From positions 32,001-96,000 of the forward strand of contig CAVXAT010000011.1 in NCBI GenBank assembly GCA_963759805.1: 64,000 nucleotides of DNA, in the 5' to 3' direction. Below the pieces are notes generated by a model. The model worked only from the letters and a program-made list of their open reading frames with translations, did no database searches and was not told the DNA's origin. The translations under genes were made by a program, and so were the position numbers. This DNA is from an uncultured bacterium. Its GTDB lineage: Bacteria; Babelota; Babeliae; Babelales; RVW-14. This document shows positions 9,686 to 20,930 of this stretch, piece after piece. Position 1 is the stretch's first letter. The number at the start of each line of letters is the position of its first letter.

Positions 9686-10724
9686 TTACAATTACCTGAA
9701 TATCTTCGGTATTTATATCTCCGATATGTATATCTTCGATATTTTTAAGTTCAGATAAAATTTTATCCTGATACTTTTCAAGAGTGAGAATTTTAACATT
9801 CGGTCCGGCATCAATTGTGAAATAACACTGAACTCCATTTGCCCGTAATTGATTGACCTGATTGATGATTTTACCCGTTTTATCCGTCCAGTAATTTATT
9901 GGGGGATTAGCATTGCGCATTGTTTCATGCATCTCAAGACAATCAATCTGGGCTAATTCTCCAACAACATCCAAATCTTTATTGCCAATTGCATCAAGAA
10001 TCAACTTTACACGACGCTCCGAACTGTTAAGCCAATCCTGATAAATTTTGCTGGTTTTGACGGTAATCTGCATAGCCTGAGTTGAACTTATATGCTTTTG
10101 TTTAGACTGAACCACTACAACAATTATCCTCAAATCCGGCCAATGGTCAGCTTTAAAAATCTGCTCTGAATAAGAATCAACTCCCTGAGGTGAAGAACCT
10201 TTATGCCACAGATTAAAGCCTCCAAGTATAGATCTGGAGGCAGATCCGGAACCACGACGGGCTAAAATGGAAAGTTCTTTAGAATCAAGATTTAATTCAC
10301 AAAGCTCGTTCAACCCTTTTGCAAGGGCTGCAAAACCACTTGCACTACTGGCAAGCCCGGCAGCAGTTGGAAAATTGTTTACAGAATCAACCTGAAAGAA
10401 TGCATCTTGCAAAGCCTTGCCCTGCAAAATCGCTTCTTGTGAAGACAAGTCTTGTAAGTACTTGTCACCTGCGAACTTTTTACGAAAAACATGCAAGAAT
10501 CTCAAAATTTTAACTTTGGTCTCATCTTGCACAAAATCACCGTTTATCTTGATTACATCGCAATCCCCTGAACCAAATCCAATCTCAGTCGTTGTTTTTA
10601 AAGCATCAAGAGAAACAGAAACACTGCTTTTTGTTGGCAACATAAAAAATTCATCTCTTTTCCCCCAGTACTTAATCAAGGCTATATTTGCATTTGCTGA
10701 TGCGATAACAGACTTCATAATCAA
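9666..10724 (-). CDS. mvaD: Diphosphomevalonate decarboxylase
   Basis: NIALIKYWGK, NNFPTAAGLASSASG, RRGSGSASRS and FTIDAGPNV motifs. Confidence 0.96.
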   Translation of the reverse strand: MIMKSVIASANANIALIKYWGKRDEFFMLPTKSSVSVSLDALKTTTEIGFGSGDCDVIKINGDFVQDETKVKILRFLHVFRKKFAGDKYLQDLSSQEAILQGKALQDAFFQVDSVNNFPTAAGLASSASGFAALAKGLNELCELNLDSKELSILARRGSGSASRSILGGFNLWHKGSSPQGVDSYSEQIFKADHWPDLRIIVVVVQSKQKHISSTQAMQITVKTSKIYQDWLNSSERRVKLILDAIGNKDLDVVGELAQIDCLEMHETMRNANPPINYWTDKTGKIINQVNQLRANGVQCYFTIDAGPNVKILTLEKYQDKILSELKNIEDIHIGDINTEDIQVIVSGVAGD

Positions 10725-10826
10725 CTTTTGCCCTTAAAAACAACGTAATCTTTATTTTAAAATCCAAATGGGTTAGAGTGAGCTGGTAATCAGTATAATA
10801 TAAAAGTTAAATAAATTGAGAAAAAA

Positions 10827-11303
10827 ATGAGATATTCGTTTAGATGCGGGCTGGGCTTTGGAATTACATCCGGCGTTATTACAACACTTGGACTTCTTGT
10901 TGGGTTGAGCGCAGGCACCCAGTCTAAGTTGGCAGTTATCGGTGGTATCTTAACAATAGCAATTGCAGACGCGCTTTCTGATTCACTTGGAATGCATATT
11001 TCAAAGGAGTTTGAAAGTCGAGCCTCTGCCACAGAAAATTGGGAAGCCACGCTGGTAACATTTTTCTCCAAATTTTTCGTTGCACTTTCATTCATAGTTC
11101 CGGCGTTATACATGGAACTCTCAACGGCAATAAAAGTTGGCGTTGCATGGGGCCTCTTTCTTCTTTGCGCATTCAGCTACGTCATAGCAAAGGATAGAAA
11201 AGTAAATCCCTTGTACGTAATGGGCGAGCATGTTTTTATTGCATCTGTTGTAATCTTAACAGTTCAAGTTGTTGGAACTTTTATTAGAAGCATTTTTATC
11301 TGA
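10827..11303 (+). CDS. VIT1/CCC1 family membrane protein
   Basis: FGITSGVITTLGLLVG and AIADALSDSLG pattern, about 5 TM helices. Confidence 0.85.
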   Translation: MRYSFRCGLGFGITSGVITTLGLLVGLSAGTQSKLAVIGGILTIAIADALSDSLGMHISKEFESRASATENWEATLVTFFSKFFVALSFIVPALYMELSTAIKVGVAWGLFLLCAFSYVIAKDRKVNPLYVMGEHVFIASVVILTVQVVGTFIRSIFI

Positions 11304-11557
11304 TCAGAAGGGCTAAAAACGCAGAAAAATATCTTAATTTCACGCTTTTTTAGCCCTTTTTCGAAGTTTTTAGATTTTGTTGATTTTTTCCTATTTGTCA
11401 TTATAATGAAAATAGATGGTTGTTTTTAATACTTTTAACTTTTAAGTCAAAATATTTAGAGGAGGTTCCAGATTGAACATATAATACAAAACATTGTAAA
11501 TTTAAATTCGGAGAAGTCATTTTTAAAAATAAAATCTATTAAGTAAGAAAGAATATA

Positions 11558-12515
11558 ATGAAATTATTTAATTTAATGAAAATTGTTTTTTTAATCAATT
11601 TTTTAGCTGTTCTTGATAACTGTTTTCCCATGGGTCAATACCCCACTATGTTCGATAGATCAGGCGGGGGAATTGTTATGATAAATGGCAGAGTAATGGG
11701 TGGAGGTGCAGGACCTGTTATAGTTCCATCCGGCCAGATTGAAACAAAGGCATATAAGCTAGATAATGCCATTACAGATGTAAAACTATCTGCAATCGGA
11801 ACCCTTATTATTTCTCAAGTAAATGAAGGCAGTTCAGATTCATTGGAAGTAAGAGCTGATCAAAATGTTTTGCCATTTGTTAATCCAATCCTTGATGAAG
11901 GATGTCTGTCCCTTGATCTAAAAGACAATGTGGTTATAAACGGTAACGTGACGCTGATCTATATTCTTAAAGTTAAATCTCTTGAATCTGTAAAGATATC
12001 AGGACATGGTAATATAAAGTTTGAAGAACAATTTAGAACTCCAAAACTTTCAGTTGCAGTTTCTGGGAATGGAAAACTTGAAGCGAATGACATTTTAACT
12101 GGTAAATTAAAATTGAAAATTTCAGGTAAAGGAAATTTTAATATAAACATGCTTAATTGCGAAGAATTAAAGTCTGAAATATCTGGAAATGGATCAATGA
12201 ATTTTAATAATGGTTCAGCTAAAAATCAGATTTTTACAATTTCAGGAAATGGTCACATTCTTGCAGCACAATTAAAAGGCGAGACTGCAAATGTTGATAT
12301 ATCTGGGAGTGGATCTGCACATGTCAATATTGATGGTAGATTAGTTGTTAGTGCACCAAATATGGATTGTGTTATTAATCATGGGCGCGCCACTCCAATA
12401 TTTAAAAGAAACTTCTTCCTCATCTGTGGTTATGAATGGGGTCACTATCTCAGGTGTCAACATGTCAGGCGTCAGCATAGGATCATGTTTTGTTAATGGA
12501 AAAAGGGTTTGGTAA
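11558..12515 (+). CDS. Secreted GIN/DUF2807 (auto-transporter adhesin head) beta-helix protein; apparent 1-nt frameshift near 12405
   Basis: Repeated ISG.G motifs. The alternative frame after TTTAAAAGAAACT reads ETSSSSVVMNGVTISGVN...FVNGKRVW*, which fits the protein better than the in-frame tail ending at 12496. Confidence 0.82.
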
Positions 12516-12544
12516 TTATTAACGATATCGTTTCGTTGAGTTGA

Positions 12545-12588
12545 TGTAAAAAAAGAGTCCTCAGATAAAAATGGGGACTCTTTTTACA
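12545..12588. terminator. Bidirectional terminator
   Basis: AAAAAGAGTCC...GGACTCTTTTT stem between convergent genes. Confidence 0.7.
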
Positions 12589-12590
12589 TT

Positions 12591-13298
12591 TTAGTAGCTG
12601 CGTACCGCACAAAAAATTAGAATAAATGCCCAAGTCAGCAAGACCGTAAAAAAAACAGAGTCAAAGCGATCGAGAAATCCACCATGCCCCGGCAGAACAT
12701 TGCCAACATCTTTTAAACCTTTGCGGCGCTTTAAAATAGAGATCAGCATGCCACCAAGAAATGCGCAAGCAGTAAATATTAACGAAATTACAAGAACTGC
12801 TGCAAGTGTTAAGATTGTAATTTTGCAAAAATAAGAACAGATTGGTTCAATTTTGATTTTTGGCAAAAGAAAAAAATTCAAAATTGACACGCCCACAAAA
12901 CTGCCTAAAATACCCTCCCACGATTTGCCCGGACTAATTGTTGGGTAAATTTTATGGGTACCCCATATTTTCCCAACAAAATATCCAAATGTGTCCGCAG
13001 TCCATGCAACTAAAAACGGATAAAGCGGTATGAGCAGATCAACCGAGTGGAAACGGTAATTCAAAAAAATCAGACTAAATATGGGCAAAATTGGATAAAA
13101 AACAGTTGCAATCCACGAGAACGGCGACTCAAAACTAACAAGTTTTGGCCATTCAAAAACAAGAACCAAAATAAGAATTATAAGCAACAGCAATGAAAAC
13201 ATTGCAACTGAGTGAAGATATGCTCCACCAAAACAGAAAACAATAACTAGTGAGGTTAACAGTCGTTTGAAAAATTCAGCACTAAAAATAAAAATCAT
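12591..13298 (-). CDS. cdsA: Phosphatidate cytidylyltransferase
   Basis: DTFGYFVG, ISPGKSWEG and LKD.G..LPGHGGFLDRFDS motifs. Confidence 0.95.
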   Translation of the reverse strand: MIFIFSAEFFKRLLTSLVIVFCFGGAYLHSVAMFSLLLLIILILVLVFEWPKLVSFESPFSWIATVFYPILPIFSLIFLNYRFHSVDLLIPLYPFLVAWTADTFGYFVGKIWGTHKIYPTISPGKSWEGILGSFVGVSILNFFLLPKIKIEPICSYFCKITILTLAAVLVISLIFTACAFLGGMLISILKRRKGLKDVGNVLPGHGGFLDRFDSVFFTVLLTWAFILIFCAVRSY

Positions 13299-14212
13299 TT
13301 TTTATAAACTACCTTTCGCAAACAAAGCCCACACGCCTCGGCTTTGAGCAACGTTTGTCTTGGATCCGGATTCTCTAACAACGTCTTTATGTAGTTTACA
13401 GATAAATTCTTACGACGTGCAACATCCAGCGCATATCCAATCATGCGACGGATCTGAAAGCGCAGAAAGCCCGGACCTTTTACTGTAACCCTAAGCATGC
13501 CTAATCGATCAAGGCGCTCTAATTTTACGCTGTCGATAGTACGTATGGTAGACTTTTTCCCAAACTTAAGAACCCGTTGAAATGGTTCGACAAGCTCCCA
13601 GGCTTCGCCCTTCGTGGCTACGCCGGGCACGGCACCACGAGCGGGTTCTTCCCCCCGCTCATCCTGAGTGATTTGCGTAGCAAATTGTATCGAAGGATCA
13701 CGGTCTTCCGCATCCACTTTACAAAATGACCCAAAATCATGCTGCCCAACATACAAATTCAAGGCATTTTCAAACTTACCCAGATCAACCTGATCTATAA
13801 ACTTGTATAACCAAGCATAGCGAGCCAAAAAGGGTAAGGGCCGTTTAAAAAAAAGATGATAATAGTAAGTTTTTTGTGCAACATTAAAGCATGCATGAAA
13901 TTCATCTGGCACTACTTGCAAGTCGCGAATTAATATACTTTTGGGTAACATGTTATTCCAAGCCGATTTAATGATATTCAGATCTAAATCACAAAGCTCT
14001 GTTTTAAACATAGCCACCTGCTCCAAAGCATGTACCCCCGTATCTGTACGCGACGCACCAATTAAATTTATTTGATAACCAAAAACTTTACTGAATGTTT
14101 GCTCCAGGGTAGATGAAATTGAAACGGCTTCCGGCTGTTTCTGCCAGCCGAAAAAATCAGTCCCATCATAAGCAATAATTGCTTTTATCTTTTGATTATT
14201 CAACTTTTGCAT
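13295..14212 (-). CDS. truA: tRNA pseudouridine(38-40) synthase TruA with about 45-aa in-frame repeat insertion
   Basis: AYDGT.F.GWQ, SRTDTGVHA, GQHDF.SF and FLRFQIRRM motifs; start placed at ATG 14212. Confidence 0.94.
   Translation of the reverse strand: MQKLNNQKIKAIIAYDGTDFFGWQKQPEAVSISSTLEQTFSKVFGYQINLIGASRTDTGVHALEQVAMFKTELCDLDLNIIKSAWNNMLPKSILIRDLQVVPDEFHACFNVAQKTYYYHLFFKRPLPFLARYAWLYKFIDQVDLGKFENALNLYVGQHDFGSFCKVDAEDRDPSIQFATQITQDERGEEPARGAVPGVATKGEAWELVEPFQRVLKFGKKSTIRTIDSVKLERLDRLGMLRVTVKGPGFLRFQIRRMIGYALDVARRKNLSVNYIKTLLENPDPRQTLLKAEACGLCLRKVVYKK
13568..13698. repeat. Composite of family A containing family B (13598-13633) plus a second inverted family A copy, in frame in truA
   Basis: ATGGTTCGACAAGCTC[36 bp]ACCACGAGCG flanked by AAGAACCCG/CGGGTTCTT, then CCGCTCATCCTGAGTG-hairpin-TGTATCGAAGGAT. 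Confidence 0.9.
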
Positions 14213-14355
14213 ATTTTTCCCAAAACCTGACTGCCATTTTGCAAAACAGACATTATAAATATTAAGATTATTGCATTTATACAAAATAAGTACCCCCATC
14301 CAGGCGAACGCCTCGGACAGGGGAAATGGAGGTTATCAAGATTTATTTCAATCAG

Positions 14356-14384
14356 ATCATACAATACATACATAAAAAAATCAA
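14356..14384 (-). promoter_or_regulatory. Sigma70-like promoter upstream of truA or of a candidate sRNA
   Basis: Minus strand TTGATT-17 bp-TATGAT. Confidence 0.55.
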
Positions 14385-14471
14385 ACTATTTTTTCCAAAT
14401 CTTGTGTGCCCAATCTCCGCCCTCAAAACTATTTCAGTTTATGCATTTAACTCAAAATAAAGATTAAAAAT

Positions 14472-15665
14472 TTACAATTTTTTACTAAACCTGCCCCGAC
14501 CCCGGATTGGGATACTGGCCACCGCCTGGTATACCCGTTGGTAGTGGCTGACAACTCCGTCAATGCAAAACGCTGTCCCAACAAGCTCTAAGTTACGTTC
14601 GCCAATAGCACGCTTCAACCGACGATCTCCTTGGTGATCTTGAAAAAGCCTGTCAATGGCCGTTGCATAGCCTTCAATATCATTTGGATAAACCAGAAAG
14701 CCGTTAACTTCTGGCGTTATAACATCGTGCCTATTTATATCTAAATTTGTTGAGATAATAGGAAGACCAAAGGCCATCGCCTCAAGCAATGCAATAGATA
14801 AACCCTCACTCTGAGAGGATAAAGCAAAGCAATCAAAAATTGGGTAAAATTTGTAGGCATCAGGGCGAAAGCCTGTAAAAACAACCCTATCTTCTATTTT
14901 TAGAATTTTAACTAGCTCTGCAAGTTCTGCTGCCTGGCTCCCGTCGCCCACAATGCAAAGCTTGGCTTTAGCCCCCGGATTTTGGCTCAAAAACAAAGCA
15001 AAAGCCTTTATCAAAACATCATAAGATTTTATAGGCTCAAGCCGGCCCACAGCCCCTACAATAAAATCTCCGTCAGAAAACCCAAAGCCTTTTCTACACA
15101 ATGGATTTGTAAATGCTTTATCTCGCAGAGCTTGCATGTCAATGCCATTTTTGATAACTACAAGTTTGGAGTACGGGTTGCTTTGAACTTTATTGCACTT
15201 GCAAGCACCAATAATATTTTTTAAATACGCGTCTTTGACAGAATCAGAAACAGCAACGATTTTTGCACAATAATTCACAGTTCTACGATCAAGCCAGTTT
15301 CGCAACTGACCTTCATCAAAACTGTTTCCATGCAGATCACAGATAACGGGAATTTTGGAAAATTTAGAAATTAATCGAGCAATGATATTAGCAGACCAAA
15401 GAGATGAGTGAATAACATCCGGACGTACTAATTTTATAATTCTTTTTAAACGCAAAATGCCAACCAAATCGTAAGTGCAACAAATTCCGGAAATTTTATA
15501 GACATCGACACCAAGTTCTTCTATTTTTTTTGCGTTTGGGCCATGATGGAAATACGCAACTGAATGTGTATTTCCATCTTTGCCTACAACTTTGGAGAGA
15601 TAATTAACTAGAGCACTTTCCGCACCACCTACTTTTAAACTTGTAATTAGGTGCAAAATATTCAT
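14472..15665 (-). CDS. Glycosyltransferase family 4 (GT-B)
   Basis: GGAE N-terminal motif, GRL..K and EGLSIALLEAMA. Confidence 0.93.
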   Translation of the reverse strand: MNILHLITSLKVGGAESALVNYLSKVVGKDGNTHSVAYFHHGPNAKKIEELGVDVYKISGICCTYDLVGILRLKRIIKLVRPDVIHSSLWSANIIARLISKFSKIPVICDLHGNSFDEGQLRNWLDRRTVNYCAKIVAVSDSVKDAYLKNIIGACKCNKVQSNPYSKLVVIKNGIDMQALRDKAFTNPLCRKGFGFSDGDFIVGAVGRLEPIKSYDVLIKAFALFLSQNPGAKAKLCIVGDGSQAAELAELVKILKIEDRVVFTGFRPDAYKFYPIFDCFALSSQSEGLSIALLEAMAFGLPIISTNLDINRHDVITPEVNGFLVYPNDIEGYATAIDRLFQDHQGDRRLKRAIGERNLELVGTAFCIDGVVSHYQRVYQAVASIPIRGRGRFSKKL

Positions 15666-15671
15666 AGATTA

Positions 15672-15697
15672 TTACTCAGATATGTTACTCAGATATG
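15672..15697 (+). repeat. 13-bp tandem duplication between rpoD and the glycosyltransferase
   Basis: TTACTCAGATATG x2. Confidence 0.8.
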
Positions 15698-18139
15698 CTA
15701 TTCAAAATCTCCGCCCTGGCCACCTTGAGGTGGAACTCCACCACCATTGGACTCTTTGTCAAAAAATGTTACCAGTTTTTTACTTCGTGATGGATGGCGT
15801 AATTTACGCAAAGCCTTAACTTCAATCTGACGAATACGTTCACGAGTAACTGAAAAATCTTTTCCTACCTCTTCAAGGGTATGCTCAGATGCAACATCTA
15901 TTCCAAAGCGCATCTTTAACACTTTTTCTTCTCTTGGGGTAAGCGACTTTAGAACTTCACGAACCTTCTCTTTCAGATCCTCGTTAACAACGGCATCAAC
16001 AGGTGAGTACTCATTCTCATCTTCGATAAAATCTTTTAACGATGTATCATCGCTATCACCAACCGGAGTTTCAAGCGATACAGGCTCTTTTGATATCTTG
16101 ATAATATTTTTAATCTTTTTCTCATCAAGATTTAGCTCTTTGGCCAACTCTGCATAACTTGGTTCACGACCGGCTTCCTGAATGTATGTACGCGTAATCT
16201 TGTTTATCTTACTTAATGTTTCAACCATATGGACCGGAACACGAATCGTACGTGATTGATCTGCAATTGCTCGAGTGATAGCCTGGCGAATCCACCAAGT
16301 AGCATAGGTTGAAAATTTGAATCCACGTTCAAATTCAAATTTTTCAACAGCCTTGAGCAACCCAATATTACCTTCTTGAATTAAATCCAAAAAGTGTAAC
16401 CCTCTGTTTATATATTTTTTTGCAATATTAACAACAAGTCGCAAATTTGCACGAGCAAGATCGTCTTTTGCCTCTTTATCTTTGTGCTGAGCTTTGACAA
16501 ACTGCTTATACAGGGATATCATTTTGTCTTTTGATAGACCCGCTTCCTGCTCAGTCTTTTTAATCATTTTTTGAGAACTACGAACTGAAACATCAAGCGC
16601 TGCCAACTGCCCCAAATCATCCTGTGTTGGTTTTTTTATGCCTTTGTAAAATTTAAGTTTTTCCTCGCCAATTTTAATATCGGCCTCACGCTCTTGAATT
16701 TTGGCAATTAGCTTTTCAATCCGTTTTCCAAATTTTCTTATCAACTTGTTTGAATACTTAATTTCAGCAATCGCCTGAATTACCTTCTTCTTATTCTCAT
16801 CAACCTTGGCCAACATCTCTTTCTTTTTTGCTTCGCTAGAAAGCTGAGGACGATAGGCACGGTAAATCTTGTCTTCATTCTCAATAAGACTCTTAATTTT
16901 ACCAATCTGACCCAAAAGCCTGATTCGCTCTTCCTCGAATTTTGGAGAATTATCCTCATCAAAATCGGAAAACTGAATTACATCTTTTAAAAACATTGGA
17001 TCGCGACCAAGACGTTCTTCAAAACCTATTAATTCTTTGGCCACAAATGGAAACTTAGATATGGCATCAATGGAATCACGCTTGCCTTGAGCAATTTTAT
17101 CAGCAATAACCTTTTCAGTTGTCTTATTCAGAAGAGGTATTTTACCAATCTCTTTCAAATAAAGCTTAACCGGATCATTCAGCTGACTAGGTTCAATCAA
17201 GCCTCTTAATTTTTCAAGTTCTTTGTCATGCTCAGACTCTTCTTCAAACCCTGTGTATTCGGTACTTTCCAATGATGTTTTCAAATCTTTGGTCATTGGG
17301 GTAAAAGAGGAAACCTCATGTTGCTCTAAAAATACATCCGCCTCGCTTGAACCACCTTCAAGCTCCTCTTGCATAATCAAGTCAATGTTCTCTTTTTCAA
17401 GTATGCCCAGAAGTTCGTTTGTCTCTTCTTCGCCAATTTTGTGTTTGGTTGTAAATAACATTAACTCTTCATAACTCAAAACACCGTCGCCCTTGCCTTT
17501 TTCAATCAAAGCAGCAACCTGTTTTTCCACACTTTTAAGGGTATTTCCGGTAACATCACTATCTTCCACATCAACTATTGCAAGATCTTCCTCTTCAACA
17601 TTGACATCTTCGTGCAAATGTCCCTCTTCATCAATACCTGCACGCTTGGCCTTGACATCAGCCTCTTTTTTGTCGTGAACAAGTTTTTTAAAGACCTCTT
17701 TTTGTTCGCTACTGGAACTTTTTTTATCAGGATTTTTTAAATCTTTTTCTTTTAAAACTTCTTTAACAGGCAACAAAACCTTCTTTTCCGTCTCTTTTTT
17801 TGCAGACTCTTTTTTGACAATCATGGGCTTTACTACAAGTTTTTTTGCTGCCTGCTCTTTGGCCTGCTTTTTTGCCTGTTTCTCTTTTTTGACAATCTTG
17901 GCTGAACGAACTTTAGTCTTAACTTTTTTTACCTGCTTAGGCTTATAGACCCTAGCCTTGACAATCTTTTTCTTAACATTTTTTTTGACCACGGACTTGA
18001 ATCGTGATTTTGAACTTTTTTTTACACTAGCTTTTGCAGAAACTTTCACTCTACTTTTAGCAACTTTCTTTGGAGTAACTTTTTTTGTCTTGGCAAATTT
18101 CTTTAGTTTTTTTATCATACTTTTTATTTTTCTTATCAT
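15698..18139 (-). CDS. rpoD: RNA polymerase primary sigma factor RpoD with Lys-rich N-terminal extension
   Basis: [36 protein letters not shown] and [13 protein letters not shown] overlap with dnaG. Confidence 0.97.
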   Translation of the reverse strand: MIRKIKSMIKKLKKFAKTKKVTPKKVAKSRVKVSAKASVKKSSKSRFKSVVKKNVKKKIVKARVYKPKQVKKVKTKVRSAKIVKKEKQAKKQAKEQAAKKLVVKPMIVKKESAKKETEKKVLLPVKEVLKEKDLKNPDKKSSSSEQKEVFKKLVHDKKEADVKAKRAGIDEEGHLHEDVNVEEEDLAIVDVEDSDVTGNTLKSVEKQVAALIEKGKGDGVLSYEELMLFTTKHKIGEEETNELLGILEKENIDLIMQEELEGGSSEADVFLEQHEVSSFTPMTKDLKTSLESTEYTGFEEESEHDKELEKLRGLIEPSQLNDPVKLYLKEIGKIPLLNKTTEKVIADKIAQGKRDSIDAISKFPFVAKELIGFEERLGRDPMFLKDVIQFSDFDEDNSPKFEEERIRLLGQIGKIKSLIENEDKIYRAYRPQLSSEAKKKEMLAKVDENKKKVIQAIAEIKYSNKLIRKFGKRIEKLIAKIQEREADIKIGEEKLKFYKGIKKPTQDDLGQLAALDVSVRSSQKMIKKTEQEAGLSKDKMISLYKQFVKAQHKDKEAKDDLARANLRLVVNIAKKYINRGLHFLDLIQEGNIGLLKAVEKFEFERGFKFSTYATWWIRQAITRAIADQSRTIRVPVHMVETLSKINKITRTYIQEAGREPSYAELAKELNLDEKKIKNIIKISKEPVSLETPVGDSDDTSLKDFIEDENEYSPVDAVVNEDLKEKVREVLKSLTPREEKVLKMRFGIDVASEHTLEEVGKDFSVTRERIRQIEVKALRKLRHPSRSKKLVTFFDKESNGGGVPPQGGQGGDFE

Positions 18140-19953
18140 ATCAGTCCCTTTGATTGAATCCCCTCTTTAAGTTTTAAAAACTTAGAAAGCAGATCACTAA
18201 GTCTTGTCGGATCATTAAGTTGTTTAGCCTTTGCCATCTCATCCTTAATTCCCTGAACAATCTGCTTCCAATTAACCTTACAAAAGCGTAAAACCAGGAG
18301 ATCAAAAGATTCTTGCGATACATCTTGATTTTTCATGCTCAACTTTATAACCCAATCTCTGTCCTTATTATCAAGGCTGTCAATAAAATGCGAAAAAACT
18401 TTTTTTTCAGTTTCGCTTTTACAGTCTTGTAAGGACATTTCAAATTTCTTTAAGAGAGTTTGTATGTTGATTGAAAAATAAGGTCTTAAATCCTGATCCA
18501 ACTGTATTTCCGATCTTGTTCCCTCATTGTTAATTATAGCAGAAAATATTTTTTCTTCTAGTAATTTTATTTCGCTTTGCTCGTCCTGATCGGATAAATC
18601 CAGCTTCTCTCCCTCATGAGCCTCAGACTCTGGCAATGCCGGTTCGAATTTCTGTTCGAATTTCTTGTATTTATATCGATCCAGTAGTCCTTTAAGAGAA
18701 TTAAATGGAATGTTCATTACCATGGCCGCCTGGGCCAAAACCAAGTCCTTTTTGAACTCATCATCCAGCTTGGCAATAACTGCAACAATTTTATCTGCCA
18801 ATGCAATCTTATCCGACAAGGGTTTTTGTCCAAAATTGCCCCCCAGCGACTCCACAAAAAAACTAAATATATCTTTAGCCTTTTCAACATATTGATCGAT
18901 ATCTTCCCCGCTGCATAAAAGTGAAGCCGGATCGTGTTGAGCAGGCAGAGTAACCACCTTTAACTCCAATTTGGCACCCCAGCAAAATTCCGCAAGCCTT
19001 AGTATCGCATTTTGCCCGGCTTTATCCCCATCATAAACAACATAAAGAGTTTTGATGAATCTGGACAGTAACTTTAAATGCTCAACAGTACAAGCCGTAC
19101 CAAGCGTTGCAACGGTATTTTTATAACCATGTTGAAACATGGTTATGCAATCAGTGTAGCCTTCCACCAAAAATGCGTACTCTTTCTCTTGCATAGTTTT
19201 TTTTGCAACATCAAGAGCAAACAGCAATCGGCCTTTGATAAAACCTTCAGACTCCTTGCTATTGTAATACTTTGGCCGCTCATCCCCCTGCTTAAAAATT
19301 CGTCCTCCAAAGCCGCAGTAACGACCTAAATGATCTTTTATTGGGAATATTATTCGCTCCTCAAATGGCGAATACAGAAACGAACGACCTTCCACTAAAA
19401 TGCCATACTCAAGCATGTCTTTTAGCAGTACTCCCTGACGTGAAAGCTCCTTAACCATTTGATTAACACGATTAAGCCCGCCGGGAAAATATCCAACTTC
19501 AAAGTTTTTTATCGATTCATCTGAAAATTCACGCTTTTTTAAATAACTGATCGCTGTAGAATCAACTAAAAGTTGTTTATGCCAGTACAGTGCAACGGCT
19601 TTACACATGGAAAAATAAGTATCTTTTTCAACAATATTATCAAGAGAGGCATTTGCACCTTTTTTAATCTCTTCAGGAACATTAATTTTGAACTGCTCAA
19701 TTAAAAACTTTGCAGCTTCTATCTGTGTTAAATTTTCAATTTTTGCAATAAATGCTATTGCATCTCCAGATGCATGACACCCAAAACAGTAAAAAATCTG
19801 CTTATCAGGGCTAACCGTAAAGGATGCATCTGTTTCAGTATGGAAAGGGCAAGAACCCTTCCAGTAGGATCCGGCCTGCCGTAACTGCACTCTTTCAGCA
19901 ATTATATCCAGAATAGAAATCTGTGATTTAACAAATTCAAACAATGACGACAT
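18136..19953 (-). CDS. dnaG: DNA primase
   Basis: CPFH zinc finger, PKYYNS, VEGYTD and DGDKAG Toprim motifs. Confidence 0.97.
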   Translation of the reverse strand: MSSLFEFVKSQISILDIIAERVQLRQAGSYWKGSCPFHTETDASFTVSPDKQIFYCFGCHASGDAIAFIAKIENLTQIEAAKFLIEQFKINVPEEIKKGANASLDNIVEKDTYFSMCKAVALYWHKQLLVDSTAISYLKKREFSDESIKNFEVGYFPGGLNRVNQMVKELSRQGVLLKDMLEYGILVEGRSFLYSPFEERIIFPIKDHLGRYCGFGGRIFKQGDERPKYYNSKESEGFIKGRLLFALDVAKKTMQEKEYAFLVEGYTDCITMFQHGYKNTVATLGTACTVEHLKLLSRFIKTLYVVYDGDKAGQNAILRLAEFCWGAKLELKVVTLPAQHDPASLLCSGEDIDQYVEKAKDIFSFFVESLGGNFGQKPLSDKIALADKIVAVIAKLDDEFKKDLVLAQAAMVMNIPFNSLKGLLDRYKYKKFEQKFEPALPESEAHEGEKLDLSDQDEQSEIKLLEEKIFSAIINNEGTRSEIQLDQDLRPYFSINIQTLLKKFEMSLQDCKSETEKKVFSHFIDSLDNKDRDWVIKLSMKNQDVSQESFDLLVLRFCKVNWKQIVQGIKDEMAKAKQLNDPTRLSDLLSKFLKLKEGIQSKGLI

Positions 19954-19976
19954 AGGTATTTAAAAATCCCTGATAT

Positions 19977-20783
19977 TTAAAAATCTCTTTTTCTAACACT
20001 TACAAAAGTAAAAGCCAAAATTGATATGATCAAAAAACCCAAGGACCAAAGTTGCATTAAAGATAGTGATAAATCTAGATGTAAAGAAGATTGCAACCAA
20101 GAAAAATTCATCATATCGCCCCTGTCACCACGCCAAAAGTCAATCCCAATTCTAGCAACGCTCTCAAGAATTAGATACAAGAAAATTGATTGACCGGGTT
20201 TTTGCAAAAAACGTTTTAAAACAAATAAAATTATAAAAATAGAAAATGACAATAAACTCATATAAATCTGCGTTGGATGCAACGCCACTCCAACAGGAGC
20301 AAAACCAACCGGATCCTTGAATACAATTGAAAAAATAAATCCTTGCGCCTGTGCACCGTAACAACACCCGGCAAGCAGACACCCTATTCTGGCAACCGAT
20401 TGCATCAATGGACCGTACAGGGCAGCAATATCCAAAAACATAAATACTTTTACGGCATGCATTTTCAAGTAAATAGGCAAAGCAATAACGACACCGATAA
20501 TTGAGCCCAAGACAACAAATCCCCCCTGCCACACATAGAACATATCAAGCCATGGATTTGTAAAACTACTCCACTCAGTAATCACAAATAACAAACGCCC
20601 GCCAATCACACCGCTCACAAGACCAACAAAGATTACATTAAAAAATGTGTCGGAATCTATTAATCTTGCCCGACGCGAATCGTTGTACATGCAAACTAAA
20701 AAAAGCAAAAAGCCCAAAACAATCATCACGCCATAACTTTGAACCCAAAGCGGCCCGTAAATATGAAGCAAACGTGGATACAT
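19977..20783 (-). CDS. lgt: Prolipoprotein diacylglyceryl transferase
   Basis: SYG, GGRL, RIGC.LAGCCYG, HPTQIY and DFWRGD motifs. Confidence 0.93.
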   Translation of the reverse strand: MYPRLLHIYGPLWVQSYGVMIVLGFLLFLVCMYNDSRRARLIDSDTFFNVIFVGLVSGVIGGRLLFVITEWSSFTNPWLDMFYVWQGGFVVLGSIIGVVIALPIYLKMHAVKVFMFLDIAALYGPLMQSVARIGCLLAGCCYGAQAQGFIFSIVFKDPVGFAPVGVALHPTQIYMSLLSFSIFIILFVLKRFLQKPGQSIFLYLILESVARIGIDFWRGDRGDMMNFSWLQSSLHLDLSLSLMQLWSLGFLIISILAFTFVSVRKRDF

Positions 20784-20930
20784 ACGAAATCCTTAATAAA
20801 TTTATTCCTCAAAATTCTATAAAATAGAAAGCTCCTGCCAAGGATAATCCGTTTATTAATTCCCAGCAAGAGCTTTTTAATTCAAAAATAGATAGGGATT
20901 TAGAATGGCCTCTAAAATTAGTAACTTAAC

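Noticed and set aside
9430..13698. Inserts in pmk and truA as inteins or self-splicing introns
   Set aside because: Far too short, no Cys/Ser...His-Asn intein ends and no group I/II core; splicing is still worth excluding by RT-PCR.
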